From: Bdellovibrio sp.
GTDB lineage: Bacteria; Bdellovibrionota; Bdellovibrionia; Bdellovibrionales; Bdellovibrionaceae
Length of the DNA: 64,000 bases
Assembly: GCA_036676395.1 (NCBI GenBank)
Contig: JAKFCY010000002.1
Span: forward strand, 1,248,001-1,312,000
Reading direction: 5' to 3'
The position numbers and the translations under genes were made by a program. Position 1 is the stretch's first letter; each line of letters opens with the position of its first letter. The notes below the pieces were generated by a model. It worked only from the letters and a program-made list of their open reading frames with translations. It had not been told where the DNA came from and did not search any database. Below, one piece after another: positions 49,329 to 58,991 of the stretch.

Positions 49329-52300
49329 GTGGTGCACGTGAATTACCTAATTGTAAAATTGCTATCTGCTTTTTTCGCTATTTTTATAGCGTGCAGTGCG
49401 TTTGCAGGGCCAGGCGTTACCACGTATCAAGCTAAAATTATAAAACCTGATGGCTTGCCGCTTGAGGCAAATAGTGTAAATTTTAAATTCACAATTTTAA
49501 ATCCTATCGGAACTTGTATTTTATATTCTGAAACATATTCATCGATCAATATGACATCAACTGGCGGGCTGATTGCTTTTCCGTTAGGTTCGGGTGTTAA
49601 AGTTTATCCAGTATCTGCAACAACGTTTGCCGAAGTTTTTAGTAACGTAACACCAAATTTAAGCTGTGATGCCGGAGGGCCAGGCACTTATACTCCAGCA
49701 GCCACAGACACACGTAAAGTCGTCATGCAATTTCATGATGGTAGCGGCTGGCAAACACTTCCGGCGATGAGCATCAATGCTGTGCCGTACGCGATGTATG
49801 CCAACGAAGCACAAAAAATTTCGGGGCTTCCAACCTGTAATCCTGGCGAAGCTTTATCTTACAACGGTGTAACTTTTTCTTGTGAAGCGATCAGCGGCGG
49901 CGGAGCAGTAACTTCATCAACCGTGACTGCTGCGTTAGGTTATACGCCGGCAAGCAGCGCTACCGTTGATTCACTTGTTTCAAGTGTCGCCAGCGAGAGT
50001 GCCAATATTTCTTCGGTTTCTGCTACAGTTTATTCAGTTTCAACGACTGTCACAAGTTTGCAAAATTCAGTGACGGCAAGCTTTGCGGCGATGGCCTCAT
50101 CTCAATGGGTATCACTTAATGGATTAACTTCTGTTTCACAAACAATTGCTTTTGGAACAACAGGCACTGCGCCAAATGTTTCTTCAGTCGGCTCAGTGCA
50201 CACTTTTAATTTTCCTTTTGCTTCGGCCGGAACAACCACCGCGGGCTTGATTTCAAATTCAGATTACACAGCTTTTTGGAATAAATTAGAAGCCACTGGT
50301 TCTGCAATTATTTCTGCTTTAGGTTATACTCCAGCAGATGCTGCGAGTTTCACGACATTAAGTTCTAATGTCGCTACTGTGTCTGCCGCAGTTTCAAGTT
50401 TATCAGCATCAACTGCAGCTTCTTTTTCGGCAATAACAAATTCTCAATGGCTAACAAGCGGCACGGCGATTTCTTATTCGACAGGTAATGTCGGTGTGGG
50501 AACCTCGGCGCCAGTTGAAAAACTTCATGTAAATGGTTCAGCAGTACTGGGTTCAATTCCAAACTATACAAATGGCGGTTCAGGTTTGTACCTTGCTAAT
50601 GAAGCTGGCGATGCTTTTAACTTTTTTAGAATTGATGGATATGCAAATGATTTAGCAATAATTGCATCTAGTTTGGCTGGTGCTGCGAGCGGAACTTCCA
50701 TTTCTTTTAGAACAGCAGCAGCCGGCCAGGGAGCTAATGGTAGCACAAAAATGACCATCGACTCTGCAGGCAATGTCGGTATTGGTACACTGTCACCAGT
50801 GACAAAATTAGTAGTCTCTGGCGGAGTAAAAATCAGCATGGAGTCAGCAACTTGTTCTGTAAGTTTTGCCGGAACTTTACGTTATAATTCAGGATTAGTC
50901 GAATACTGTAACGGAACAACATGGTCAGCTTTCGGTGTAGCTGGTGCTGGTATTTCTTTATTAAATGGTTCTTCGTCGGCGACGCAAATTTTTGCAACAG
51001 GAATTGCCGGTACTGATTTTAATATTTCATCTGCTAACGGCACACACACGTTTAATGTACCACTCGCGGCGACAGCCAGCGTGACAGCTGGTTTATTATC
51101 AAATGCAGACTATTTAGCTTTTACAAATAAAGTAAGTTCAACAAGTGCTGCTATTATTGCAGCACTTGGTTATGAGCCAGCGTTGAATTCAGCTTCTGGA
51201 ACCTATGCGCAAAAAGCAAATAATTTATCAGATTTAACTTCGGTCGCGGCAGCGCGCACTAATTTAGGTCTTGGTGGTTTTGCAACGGTATCAAGTTTAG
51301 ATTTAGGTTCTGCAAGTGCAACCGGAATACTAGCTGAAGCCCGTTTGCCAAGTTTTGCAAACATCACCAGCGGCACTGAATACACTAAAGTAACTGTTGA
51401 TGGCAAAGGCCGTGTAACCAGTGGTGCACAGTTAACATCAAGTGATGTAACTACGGCCTTAGGTTATTCTCCGGCATCAGCAAGTGCTTCATCACAGTGG
51501 ACAACCAGTGGAACAACTATTTTTTATAACACAGGTAATGTTGGAATTGGCGTATCAAATCCGTCATCGTTATTAACTTTAGCGAACAGCGGGGTAACGA
51601 CAACATTTCGCATGAGCGGAAATGTTTCAAACTCTGTTTCTACAAGATTTCAAATGGCCAATGACGTCAATCATTTAGCGCAATTAGCCCACGTTGGATC
51701 AACAGCCGCAAATGCCAATCTTATTGGTATTGCAAATACAGTAAATTTAGCAACAAGCGGTGATGCGATTATTCTTGCTGCTTATAATGCTTCGGGAACA
51801 ATTAGGTTTGGTACTGGTGGATTTGCGAATAGTAATGAAAGAATGCGTATTGATCAAAATGGTAATGTCGGTATCGGCACAATTGCGCCAACTGCAGTTT
51901 TGCAAATTAAAGCGGGCACATCATTAACAGCGCAACTTAAATTAGATCCGAGTGTATTATTAACTGCACCACAATCTGGGGCTGTTGAATATGATGGTAC
52001 AAATTTATATTTCACCGATAGCACAAATGCTCGTCGTACGATTGCCGCTACTTCAGCGGCAGGCAGCTATGATAACGTAAGTTTGATTTCAAATCCGAGC
52101 GGTAACATTGCTGTATATCCCAATGCTGGTGCAGGCAGCGTGATTGTCAGTGCAACAACAGCTTCAACAAACGCACAAACTGGCGCGTTAATTGTAAAAG
52201 GCGGTGTTGGTGTTTCTGGTGATTTATATACAAGTGGTACAATTAATTCATCATCAACTATTCAAGGTGTGACTGTTGTTGCAACAGAAGGAATTTTTTC

Positions 52301-55300
52301 TCCGGCTATTTACGGTAGCACTTTAGCCAGCGGAAGTCTTACCATAGATTCGACGTCGAATATTACAAAAGGTAAAGTTATCATCGCACCAAGTGGTGGT
52401 TTCGTTGGTGTTGGCACCTCAAATCCAACTTCTGTATTCGAAGTTCAAGGTGGCGTAGCCGCGAGTCCAACACCAATTATACTTGCAGGTCAAAGTTCAA
52501 ATGCAGGTAATACTGCGGGTGGCGCGGTGATAATCACTGCAGGTAATGCAAATGCTTCAACGACGCGCGCACTTGGAGGCGGAATTTATATTACAGCTGG
52601 AATGGGTGCAGGGGCCGGAACTCCTATAGCAACAATGCGTGGCGGTCCGATTACAATGACCGCGGGTCAAGGTGCATCAGCTGGTGCTCCGGGTGGAACA
52701 ATAAGTTTAATTGCTGGTGCTGGTGGATCTGTATCTGGTAACGGAGGTACCGCTTCACTTAGAGGCGGTAGTGCAACTTCAGGTATCGCTGGCACAGCGA
52801 ATGTTGCCGGCGGATTTTCTGCTGAAGGTATGGGTGGCAGTGTAAATATAAACGGTGGTGCTGGGGGCAGTGCAACAGGTGCATCATACGTAGGTGGCAC
52901 AGTAAATATTATTGGTGGTATTGCTGCAAATACAGCTTCAGGCGGAACCGTGAATATCGTTGGTGGTAACAGTACATTAGCACAAGCAGGTACAGTAAAT
53001 ATCAATGGTGGTAGTGGTGTCGGCTCTGTATATTCTGATGTTCTTATTCAAACTGGTACAGGAAAAGTTGGTATCGGTGGGTATGCCAGCGGAAATTATA
53101 AAGTAGATGTTACAGGTGATGTTCAGGCAAAATCTGGTTTTTACACTGATGCGATCGCAACAGCAACGGCTGGTGGTAATTACGGAAGTTCAGGTTTTAC
53201 AGCTAAATCAAGTATGTGGAATGGTTCTGCTGTAGAAGCGCCTAGTTGGACTTTTCATTTAAGTCCTCCGAATGGAACTAATGCATCTAACGATGCTTAT
53301 ATTTCTAGTAGTGGAAGCTCGAATTTTTTAAATTCAAGTTTAGCGGTAGTGGGCCCTGCAGACGCTGGAAATAGCGTGAATTCTCCAATTTTTAAAATTG
53401 GTGGTTACTATTACACAGGCTCAAGCGTTATCAAAGGGTACTGGCAAATGCAGACACAGTACGGCGCCGGGGCAAATCCAACTTCAACATTTGTGATTTC
53501 AGCTTCTGGTTCTCCGGGTACTTCAAACATGGCGTTGATGACTGGTAACTTTGGAATTGGTACAACATCACCAACTGCTGCATTACATATTAAAGCAGGT
53601 ACGGCATCTTTAGCGCCGATGAAATTTAGTTCAGGAACTTTATTAACATCACCACAATCTGGAACTATCGAATACGATGGTTCAGCATTATATTTTACAG
53701 ATGGCACAAATACACGCCGTACAATTGCATCGACCGGGGCGCCAGGCCTTTATGATGCTGCAAACACTGTTGCTAATTCATCAGGTAATATTGCGCTTTA
53801 TCCAAATACTGGTGCAGGCAGTGTGATTGTATCTGCGACCACAGCTTCAACTAATTCTACGACGGGCGCATTAATTGTTAAGGGCGGCTTAGGTGTAGCC
53901 GGAAATATTTTCTCGTCAGGAACAATTATTACGTCTTCAAATATTCAAGGGGCTTCGATCACGGCAACAAATGGTATGATTACCCCGTATGTGTACGGAT
54001 CAATCGCATCAGGCGGATCACTTCGTTTAGATTCAACAACGCACGCTTCAAAAGGTAATATTTTATTAGCGCCTAACGGTGGCAAAGTGGGGATTGGTTT
54101 AATTAATCCTATTGATAAATTACACATCTATGATGGCGACATCCGACTTGGCAGTTCTACAGATACAAATTCATCACAAGGAATGTTAAAATTTGGCTCA
54201 GCCGGTTCTCCCGATGGATATGCCGGAATTGCAGGTATCGCCAAAGGAAGCCCAGACCGTATGGAACTTGCGTTTTCGACAGCTTATGGCACTGCTGTTG
54301 AAGCTATGAGAATTTCTGAATACGGCAGTGTCGGTATCGGCACAAGCAGCCCGTTATCAATTTTAACTGTTAACGGTGCCAGACAGTCAGCGACTATTAA
54401 GAACACAATATCAACATTTGATACTCAGGCCTTTAATGTCGATGTCGGTGCGGGAATCGGCTTTGGTGGTAAGACCAATGCTTCTGGCACAATGGCACAT
54501 TTTGGTTTGGTTGGCGCACGCAAAGAAAATAATACGGCTGATAATATTGCAGGGTATTTAGTTTTTGAAACTCGCCCAGCTGGCGGAAACTTATCAGAGA
54601 AAATGCGAATCAATTCGGTTGGCAATGTAGGTTTAGGCACGACGACTCCAAGTACATTATTAGATTTATATGCAGCTGCGAGTCCGACTTTACGTATTCG
54701 CAGTAATTCGAATGATGCAGCCGGTGGCCCGACAATTCGTTTAGTTGAAGACTTATCTGAAAATGGCGGTTTGATCCGCTATAACGCTCTTACGAATAAT
54801 TTAGATTTAGGAGTGATAGAAAGTGGTGTTGATAACGCCAGAATTTCAATTAATAGAACGAACGGAAATGTCGGTATTGGTACTTCGGCGCCAGATACAG
54901 GTTTACATGTTGTAAATTCGACGGGAATTTTCGTTTCATCTTTCGAACAAACCTACAACGGCGGAAGCGGCGCCTATCTTATGTTAAAACACTCAAGAAA
55001 CGGTGGAGTGCTCGTAGCAAACGATTATGTTGGAGCAATGTATTTTCAAGGGATGAATTCAGGTTCAAACTATAGCGATGTTGCAAATATTTTTTCACAA
55101 ATGACCAATGTTACTTCTGGATCTGAAAGTGGTAATATTTCATTCTGGACACGTAATGCTGGAACACGAACTGAAAAAATACGTATTGATTCAAACGGTA
55201 ACGTCGGTATCGGAACCAGTGCGCCAGCAACTTATTTAGATATAGCAGGCAACGGCGGCGAAACTTTAATTCTAAGAGATAAGGATACTCTTTTTACTGA

Positions 55301-56516
55301 TAATACTTTTGCTTTATATATTCGCGGAAAAGATTCGGCGAATAATAATGTTTGGTATGTAGGTGAAGGTTCATCTGGAGCAAAAAATGTTTCAATGATG
55401 GCCTACCAGGCAGGGTATCCATTAACTTTTGGAACGAGCTCGACAGAAAGAATGCGCGTCGATGATTTCGGTAACGTCGGGATTGGTACAACTGCGCCAA
55501 ACACTTTATTGCAAGTTGGGCCAACGGGTTCTTCTAGCATAGGGTATTCTACTTTTGCCGGAAGTTATTTATCAACAGCTGGGCAAGCGCAGTATATTGG
55601 TAACTGGGCAAGCACTGGGTATTGGGGTATTGGCCCAGCGACAAATGCAAATGACAGCACCCTTCGTATCGGAAGAATTGATACGGCCTCAGCGACTTGG
55701 AGTGCAACACAAGTTACAAATTTATTGATCGGCGGTAATTTAGGTATTGGCCAGACAAGTCCAATTAATGCTTTAGACATTTTGCGAACCTCAGGAGATC
55801 TTGGCATGCGCTTGAAAGCGGATGCTGGTGATTCAGACGTAACCATCCAGTTACAAAATGACGTGCAAACCTGGAAAATGATTAACAAAGCTGGTTTTTC
55901 AGATGCATTTGCTATTGAAGATACTACTAGCGGAAAAACTCCGTTTGCTATCAGAAAAACGAATGGTTTTATTGGTATGGGGGGAGTGACTGTTCCGGGT
56001 TATCAATTAGAAGTATCGGGTACCGTGCAAATCACTTCGGGCTCGGCTTTACGAATCGGCGCTGCAAATATTTGTACAAGTGCAGGTTGTGTGTCGTCTT
56101 CAGATTTACGTTTAAAAGAAAATATTCAACCTTTAGATTTTAGTTTAGAAAAGTTATTGTCGCTTAACGGTGTACAATACGATTGGAAAAACAAAGCTGT
56201 TTATGGAGATCAGCACCAAATCGGGTTTATCGCGCAAGAATTAGAAAAAGTTTTTCCTGAAGTTGTATATACAGATAAAGAAACCGGATTAAAAACTGTG
56301 TCTTACGGTCAGTTACTGGCTCCGGTGGTTGAGGCCATTAAAGTGTTATTTGGAAAAACCAAAGACAACGCGCGCGCGATCGCTTCGCTTGAAGAAAAAG
56401 ATTCGGCTAAAGATAAACAAATCAAAGCTCTAACGCTTGAGAACGAACGTAAAGATAAAGAATTACGCGAAATGAAAGAGCGTCTTGATCGTATTGAAAA
56501 AGCTTTAACTCGGTAA
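49329..56516 (+). CDS. Phage-tail-fibre-like mosaic adhesin with peptidase S74 chaperone (MAT-like), 2395 aa
   Basis: Same N-domain as the 39086 gene, GNVGIGT repeats, Gly-rich block, 'SSDLRLKENI..GFIAQELEKVFPEVV', coiled coil. Confidence 0.9.
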   Translation: MVHVNYLIVKLLSAFFAIFIACSAFAGPGVTTYQAKIIKPDGLPLEANSVNFKFTILNPIGTCILYSETYSSINMTSTGGLIAFPLGSGVKVYPVSATTFAEVFSNVTPNLSCDAGGPGTYTPAATDTRKVVMQFHDGSGWQTLPAMSINAVPYAMYANEAQKISGLPTCNPGEALSYNGVTFSCEAISGGGAVTSSTVTAALGYTPASSATVDSLVSSVASESANISSVSATVYSVSTTVTSLQNSVTASFAAMASSQWVSLNGLTSVSQTIAFGTTGTAPNVSSVGSVHTFNFPFASAGTTTAGLISNSDYTAFWNKLEATGSAIISALGYTPADAASFTTLSSNVATVSAAVSSLSASTAASFSAITNSQWLTSGTAISYSTGNVGVGTSAPVEKLHVNGSAVLGSIPNYTNGGSGLYLANEAGDAFNFFRIDGYANDLAIIASSLAGAASGTSISFRTAAAGQGANGSTKMTIDSAGNVGIGTLSPVTKLVVSGGVKISMESATCSVSFAGTLRYNSGLVEYCNGTTWSAFGVAGAGISLLNGSSSATQIFATGIAGTDFNISSANGTHTFNVPLAATASVTAGLLSNADYLAFTNKVSSTSAAIIAALGYEPALNSASGTYAQKANNLSDLTSVAAARTNLGLGGFATVSSLDLGSASATGILAEARLPSFANITSGTEYTKVTVDGKGRVTSGAQLTSSDVTTALGYSPASASASSQWTTSGTTIFYNTGNVGIGVSNPSSLLTLANSGVTTTFRMSGNVSNSVSTRFQMANDVNHLAQLAHVGSTAANANLIGIANTVNLATSGDAIILAAYNASGTIRFGTGGFANSNERMRIDQNGNVGIGTIAPTAVLQIKAGTSLTAQLKLDPSVLLTAPQSGAVEYDGTNLYFTDSTNARRTIAATSAAGSYDNVSLISNPSGNIAVYPNAGAGSVIVSATTASTNAQTGALIVKGGVGVSGDLYTSGTINSSSTIQGVTVVATEGIFSPAIYGSTLASGSLTIDSTSNITKGKVIIAPSGGFVGVGTSNPTSVFEVQGGVAASPTPIILAGQSSNAGNTAGGAVIITAGNANASTTRALGGGIYITAGMGAGAGTPIATMRGGPITMTAGQGASAGAPGGTISLIAGAGGSVSGNGGTASLRGGSATSGIAGTANVAGGFSAEGMGGSVNINGGAGGSATGASYVGGTVNIIGGIAANTASGGTVNIVGGNSTLAQAGTVNINGGSGVGSVYSDVLIQTGTGKVGIGGYASGNYKVDVTGDVQAKSGFYTDAIATATAGGNYGSSGFTAKSSMWNGSAVEAPSWTFHLSPPNGTNASNDAYISSSGSSNFLNSSLAVVGPADAGNSVNSPIFKIGGYYYTGSSVIKGYWQMQTQYGAGANPTSTFVISASGSPGTSNMALMTGNFGIGTTSPTAALHIKAGTASLAPMKFSSGTLLTSPQSGTIEYDGSALYFTDGTNTRRTIASTGAPGLYDAANTVANSSGNIALYPNTGAGSVIVSATTASTNSTTGALIVKGGLGVAGNIFSSGTIITSSNIQGASITATNGMITPYVYGSIASGGSLRLDSTTHASKGNILLAPNGGKVGIGLINPIDKLHIYDGDIRLGSSTDTNSSQGMLKFGSAGSPDGYAGIAGIAKGSPDRMELAFSTAYGTAVEAMRISEYGSVGIGTSSPLSILTVNGARQSATIKNTISTFDTQAFNVDVGAGIGFGGKTNASGTMAHFGLVGARKENNTADNIAGYLVFETRPAGGNLSEKMRINSVGNVGLGTTTPSTLLDLYAAASPTLRIRSNSNDAAGGPTIRLVEDLSENGGLIRYNALTNNLDLGVIESGVDNARISINRTNGNVGIGTSAPDTGLHVVNSTGIFVSSFEQTYNGGSGAYLMLKHSRNGGVLVANDYVGAMYFQGMNSGSNYSDVANIFSQMTNVTSGSESGNISFWTRNAGTRTEKIRIDSNGNVGIGTSAPATYLDIAGNGGETLILRDKDTLFTDNTFALYIRGKDSANNNVWYVGEGSSGAKNVSMMAYQAGYPLTFGTSSTERMRVDDFGNVGIGTTAPNTLLQVGPTGSSSIGYSTFAGSYLSTAGQAQYIGNWASTGYWGIGPATNANDSTLRIGRIDTASATWSATQVTNLLIGGNLGIGQTSPINALDILRTSGDLGMRLKADAGDSDVTIQLQNDVQTWKMINKAGFSDAFAIEDTTSGKTPFAIRKTNGFIGMGGVTVPGYQLEVSGTVQITSGSALRIGAANICTSAGCVSSSDLRLKENIQPLDFSLEKLLSLNGVQYDWKNKAVYGDQHQIGFIAQELEKVFPEVVYTDKETGLKTVSYGQLLAPVVEAIKVLFGKTKDNARAIASLEEKDSAKDKQIKALTLENERKDKELREMKERLDRIEKALTR

Positions 56517-56771
56517 GCGCTTTTTAGCAAAGGCATTCACAAGAGCTAAGACGATGATGGCTCCGACCACGGCGCCAATAAAGCCTGCTGTTTCGTTTGG
56601 TCCGTAAATCCCAAACGCTTGGCCTAAAATAGACCCTACAAAAGCGCCGACAATACCTAATATAGTCGTCATTAGTAAGCCGGTCTTGTCATCACCGGGT
56701 TTTAAAAAGCGTGCTACAAGACCCACAACAAAGCCAATAATAATTGTGGCAATGATTCCTCGTTCATCCAT
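56505..56771 (-). CDS. GlsB/YeaQ/YmgE (transglycosylase-associated) membrane protein
   Basis: 'GFVVGLVARFLKPG', 'LGIVGAFVG', 'FIGAVVGAIIVL'. Confidence 0.92.
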   Translation of the reverse strand: MDERGIIATIIIGFVVGLVARFLKPGDDKTGLLMTTILGIVGAFVGSILGQAFGIYGPNETAGFIGAVVGAIIVLALVNAFAKKRLPS

Positions 56772-56848
56772 ATTGTTCTCCTTGATATTTCTTACTAGCC
56801 AGCGTGCAAATTATTGACCGGGGCAGATTGCGACACTTACAGTGAATT

Positions 56849-57694
56849 ATGGCTAATATTGAAGTTCTTCAAATCCCAACAGCACAAGAGTTTTTAAATC
56901 TTTGTGGCGATATGCTTTATCAAAGTGAAGCCGAATACAGTTTAATGTTAGGCTTGGCCGAAGCGGGCATTAAGCAAAATAAAAATGTCGGAAAGTTTTA
57001 TATTACCCAAAGTGATTCAGTTCTGAATGGCGCAGGTCATGTGACTGATCGTAATTTAATTATTTCAAATTTAAGTAATGAATCGATATTAGCCCTTGCT
57101 GACCAGCTTTATTTTGATCAAATTAATTTTCCGGGAGTTGTAGGTCCTGTTGCGCCAGCAGAATTGTTTGCTAAAACTTGGGCAGGGCTCGCCGAAAAAA
57201 AATATAAAATCGGAATGCAGCAAAAGATATATCAACTTGAAAAAGTGATTCTGCCAAAACCCGTATCTGGTTCGATTTTGGTGTGTAATGAAAGTCATCT
57301 GGATTTGATCACGCAATGGGTTTATGAATTTAGTTTAGAATCACTTGCGCATGAAGTGAATACGATCGAGCGAGCCCGTGAATTTGCGGCTAATAAAATA
57401 CCTAAAGGTGAAGTTTATATTTGGAGTGATGAAAAAGGTATTCCAGTGTCGATGAACTCGGTAGGGCGATCTACTAAACATGGCATCAGTATAAGTGCTG
57501 TATATACACCCAAAAATTTTCGTCATAGAGGTTATGCATCGGCCTTAGTCGCTGCCACTAGTCAGCAGATGCTGAATCACGGAAAAAAGTTTTGCATGCT
57601 CTATACCGATCTGTCTAATTCCACGTCGAATAAGATTTACCAAGGCATAGGCTATCAAGAAATAGCAACCTCAGTGAACTACATTTTCGTCTAG
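56849..57694 (+). CDS. GNAT-family acetyltransferase (two-domain)
   Basis: 'ISAVYTPKNFRHRGYA', 'LYTDLSNSTSNKIYQGIGY'. Confidence 0.9.
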   Translation: MANIEVLQIPTAQEFLNLCGDMLYQSEAEYSLMLGLAEAGIKQNKNVGKFYITQSDSVLNGAGHVTDRNLIISNLSNESILALADQLYFDQINFPGVVGPVAPAELFAKTWAGLAEKKYKIGMQQKIYQLEKVILPKPVSGSILVCNESHLDLITQWVYEFSLESLAHEVNTIERAREFAANKIPKGEVYIWSDEKGIPVSMNSVGRSTKHGISISAVYTPKNFRHRGYASALVAATSQQMLNHGKKFCMLYTDLSNSTSNKIYQGIGYQEIATSVNYIFV

Positions 57695-57725
57695 CCAGAG
57701 CTCATTTAAAATGTTAATTAAAAGC

Positions 57726-58454
57726 ATGATGATTAAAGCTTTAATTACTTTTTTATTCGCAATCACTTTAGTAAGTACGGTGCACGCTGAAAACGCCGAA
57801 CCTTCGACGCAAGAAAAAGTTACAGAAGCCGTACAATCTGGTGTTGAACAAGTTCAAAAGGCTTTAAGTCATTCACGCTTAATCAGACAAAATTCAGATT
57901 ATTTTACCACTTTAAATTTTGCCCCGATTGATTTGGTTTTACCCAGTAAGTTTGGTTTAACTGCAGGTTTTGTTAGCGATGCAGATCTTACTTGGGAGCT
58001 TGAATATTTAAAAAGTAGCGTGTCAGTTCCATTTATCATCGAAGATCTAGGCGAAATGACAGACGAACGTTTATCGGTCATTCGTCGTAATTATTTCGGC
58101 ACTGAGACTTTTAATTTAAGCTACGGATTAAGTTATTATAAATTTAAACTGCATATCGGTAATAAATATTTATCGTCGGTTGTGGCTAACGCCCCGGATG
58201 TAGATTTAATTCGTGTTGAATCGTTAGGGTTTAATATTGGTGTTGGTAATCGCTGGATTTTTTCAAACCGCTGGATGGTGGGTGTTGATTGGATCTCTTG
58301 GGCACAACCTGTGTTAACAACACGTAATAATAATAAGTTTGCAGATTTTGCTACTGATGAAGATGTTAAAGACACTTCGAAAACACTGGTGAAGTTGGTC
58401 TCTTGGGTTCCGCGTATAACACTTTTAAAACTGCAAGTAGGGTATAGTTTCTAA
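57726..58454 (+). CDS. Putative outer-membrane beta-barrel protein
   Basis: Signal VHA-E, amphipathic strands, C-terminal 'LQVGYSF' barrel signature; start uncertain (57711-57729). Confidence 0.7.
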   Translation: MMIKALITFLFAITLVSTVHAENAEPSTQEKVTEAVQSGVEQVQKALSHSRLIRQNSDYFTTLNFAPIDLVLPSKFGLTAGFVSDADLTWELEYLKSSVSVPFIIEDLGEMTDERLSVIRRNYFGTETFNLSYGLSYYKFKLHIGNKYLSSVVANAPDVDLIRVESLGFNIGVGNRWIFSNRWMVGVDWISWAQPVLTTRNNNKFADFATDEDVKDTSKTLVKLVSWVPRITLLKLQVGYSF

Positions 58455-58984
58455 TGAATTTTAATATTACTCACAATAATCAATATTTCTTGTTTCGCTT
58501 GGCTACAGATAAAGATGTCTCACAAGTTAGAACACTGGTTAACGAAGCTTATAAAGAACTTGCCGATCAAGGCTTAAATTACACAGCTTCATACCAAGAC
58601 GAAGACGAAACGCGTAAACGTATGAATCAAGGTAGAGCGTTTGTTTTATTAAGTGGTTCTGAAATCGTAGGCAGTGTTTTGTTCTTTGAAAAAAATTATT
58701 TCACCGAAAAAAAATCAGCTTACATCGGCCAGTTTGCCATCGCTCCAAAATTAAAACGCCAGGGGCTTGGTTCGATTATCATGGATTTTTGTGAACAGCT
58801 GGCCAATGATGAAAAGTATGAATCTATTCAGCTTGATACGGCAAAACCTGCCAAACACCTTGTGGATTGGTATCAAAGCCGCGGTTTTAAAATTGTCGGT
58901 GAAAAACACTGGGATGGTAAAACCTACGACTCGTTCATCATGGAAAAAACCTTACGAGCCGCATTCGCTAAAAAGAAAAAGTAG
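58454..58984 (+). CDS. GNAT-family acetyltransferase
   Basis: 'QFAIAPKLKRQGLGS', 'LDTAKPAKHLVDWYQSRGF'. Confidence 0.88.
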   Translation: MNFNITHNNQYFLFRLATDKDVSQVRTLVNEAYKELADQGLNYTASYQDEDETRKRMNQGRAFVLLSGSEIVGSVLFFEKNYFTEKKSAYIGQFAIAPKLKRQGLGSIIMDFCEQLANDEKYESIQLDTAKPAKHLVDWYQSRGFKIVGEKHWDGKTYDSFIMEKTLRAAFAKKKK

Positions 58985-58991
58985 ACTAGTG

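Noticed and set aside
39086..56516. Prophage, tailocin or diversity-generating retroelement explaining the fibre genes
   Set aside because: The fibres have Sec signal peptides. No capsid, tail, terminase or reverse transcriptase genes are present, and I saw no adenine-specific template/variable repeat pair.
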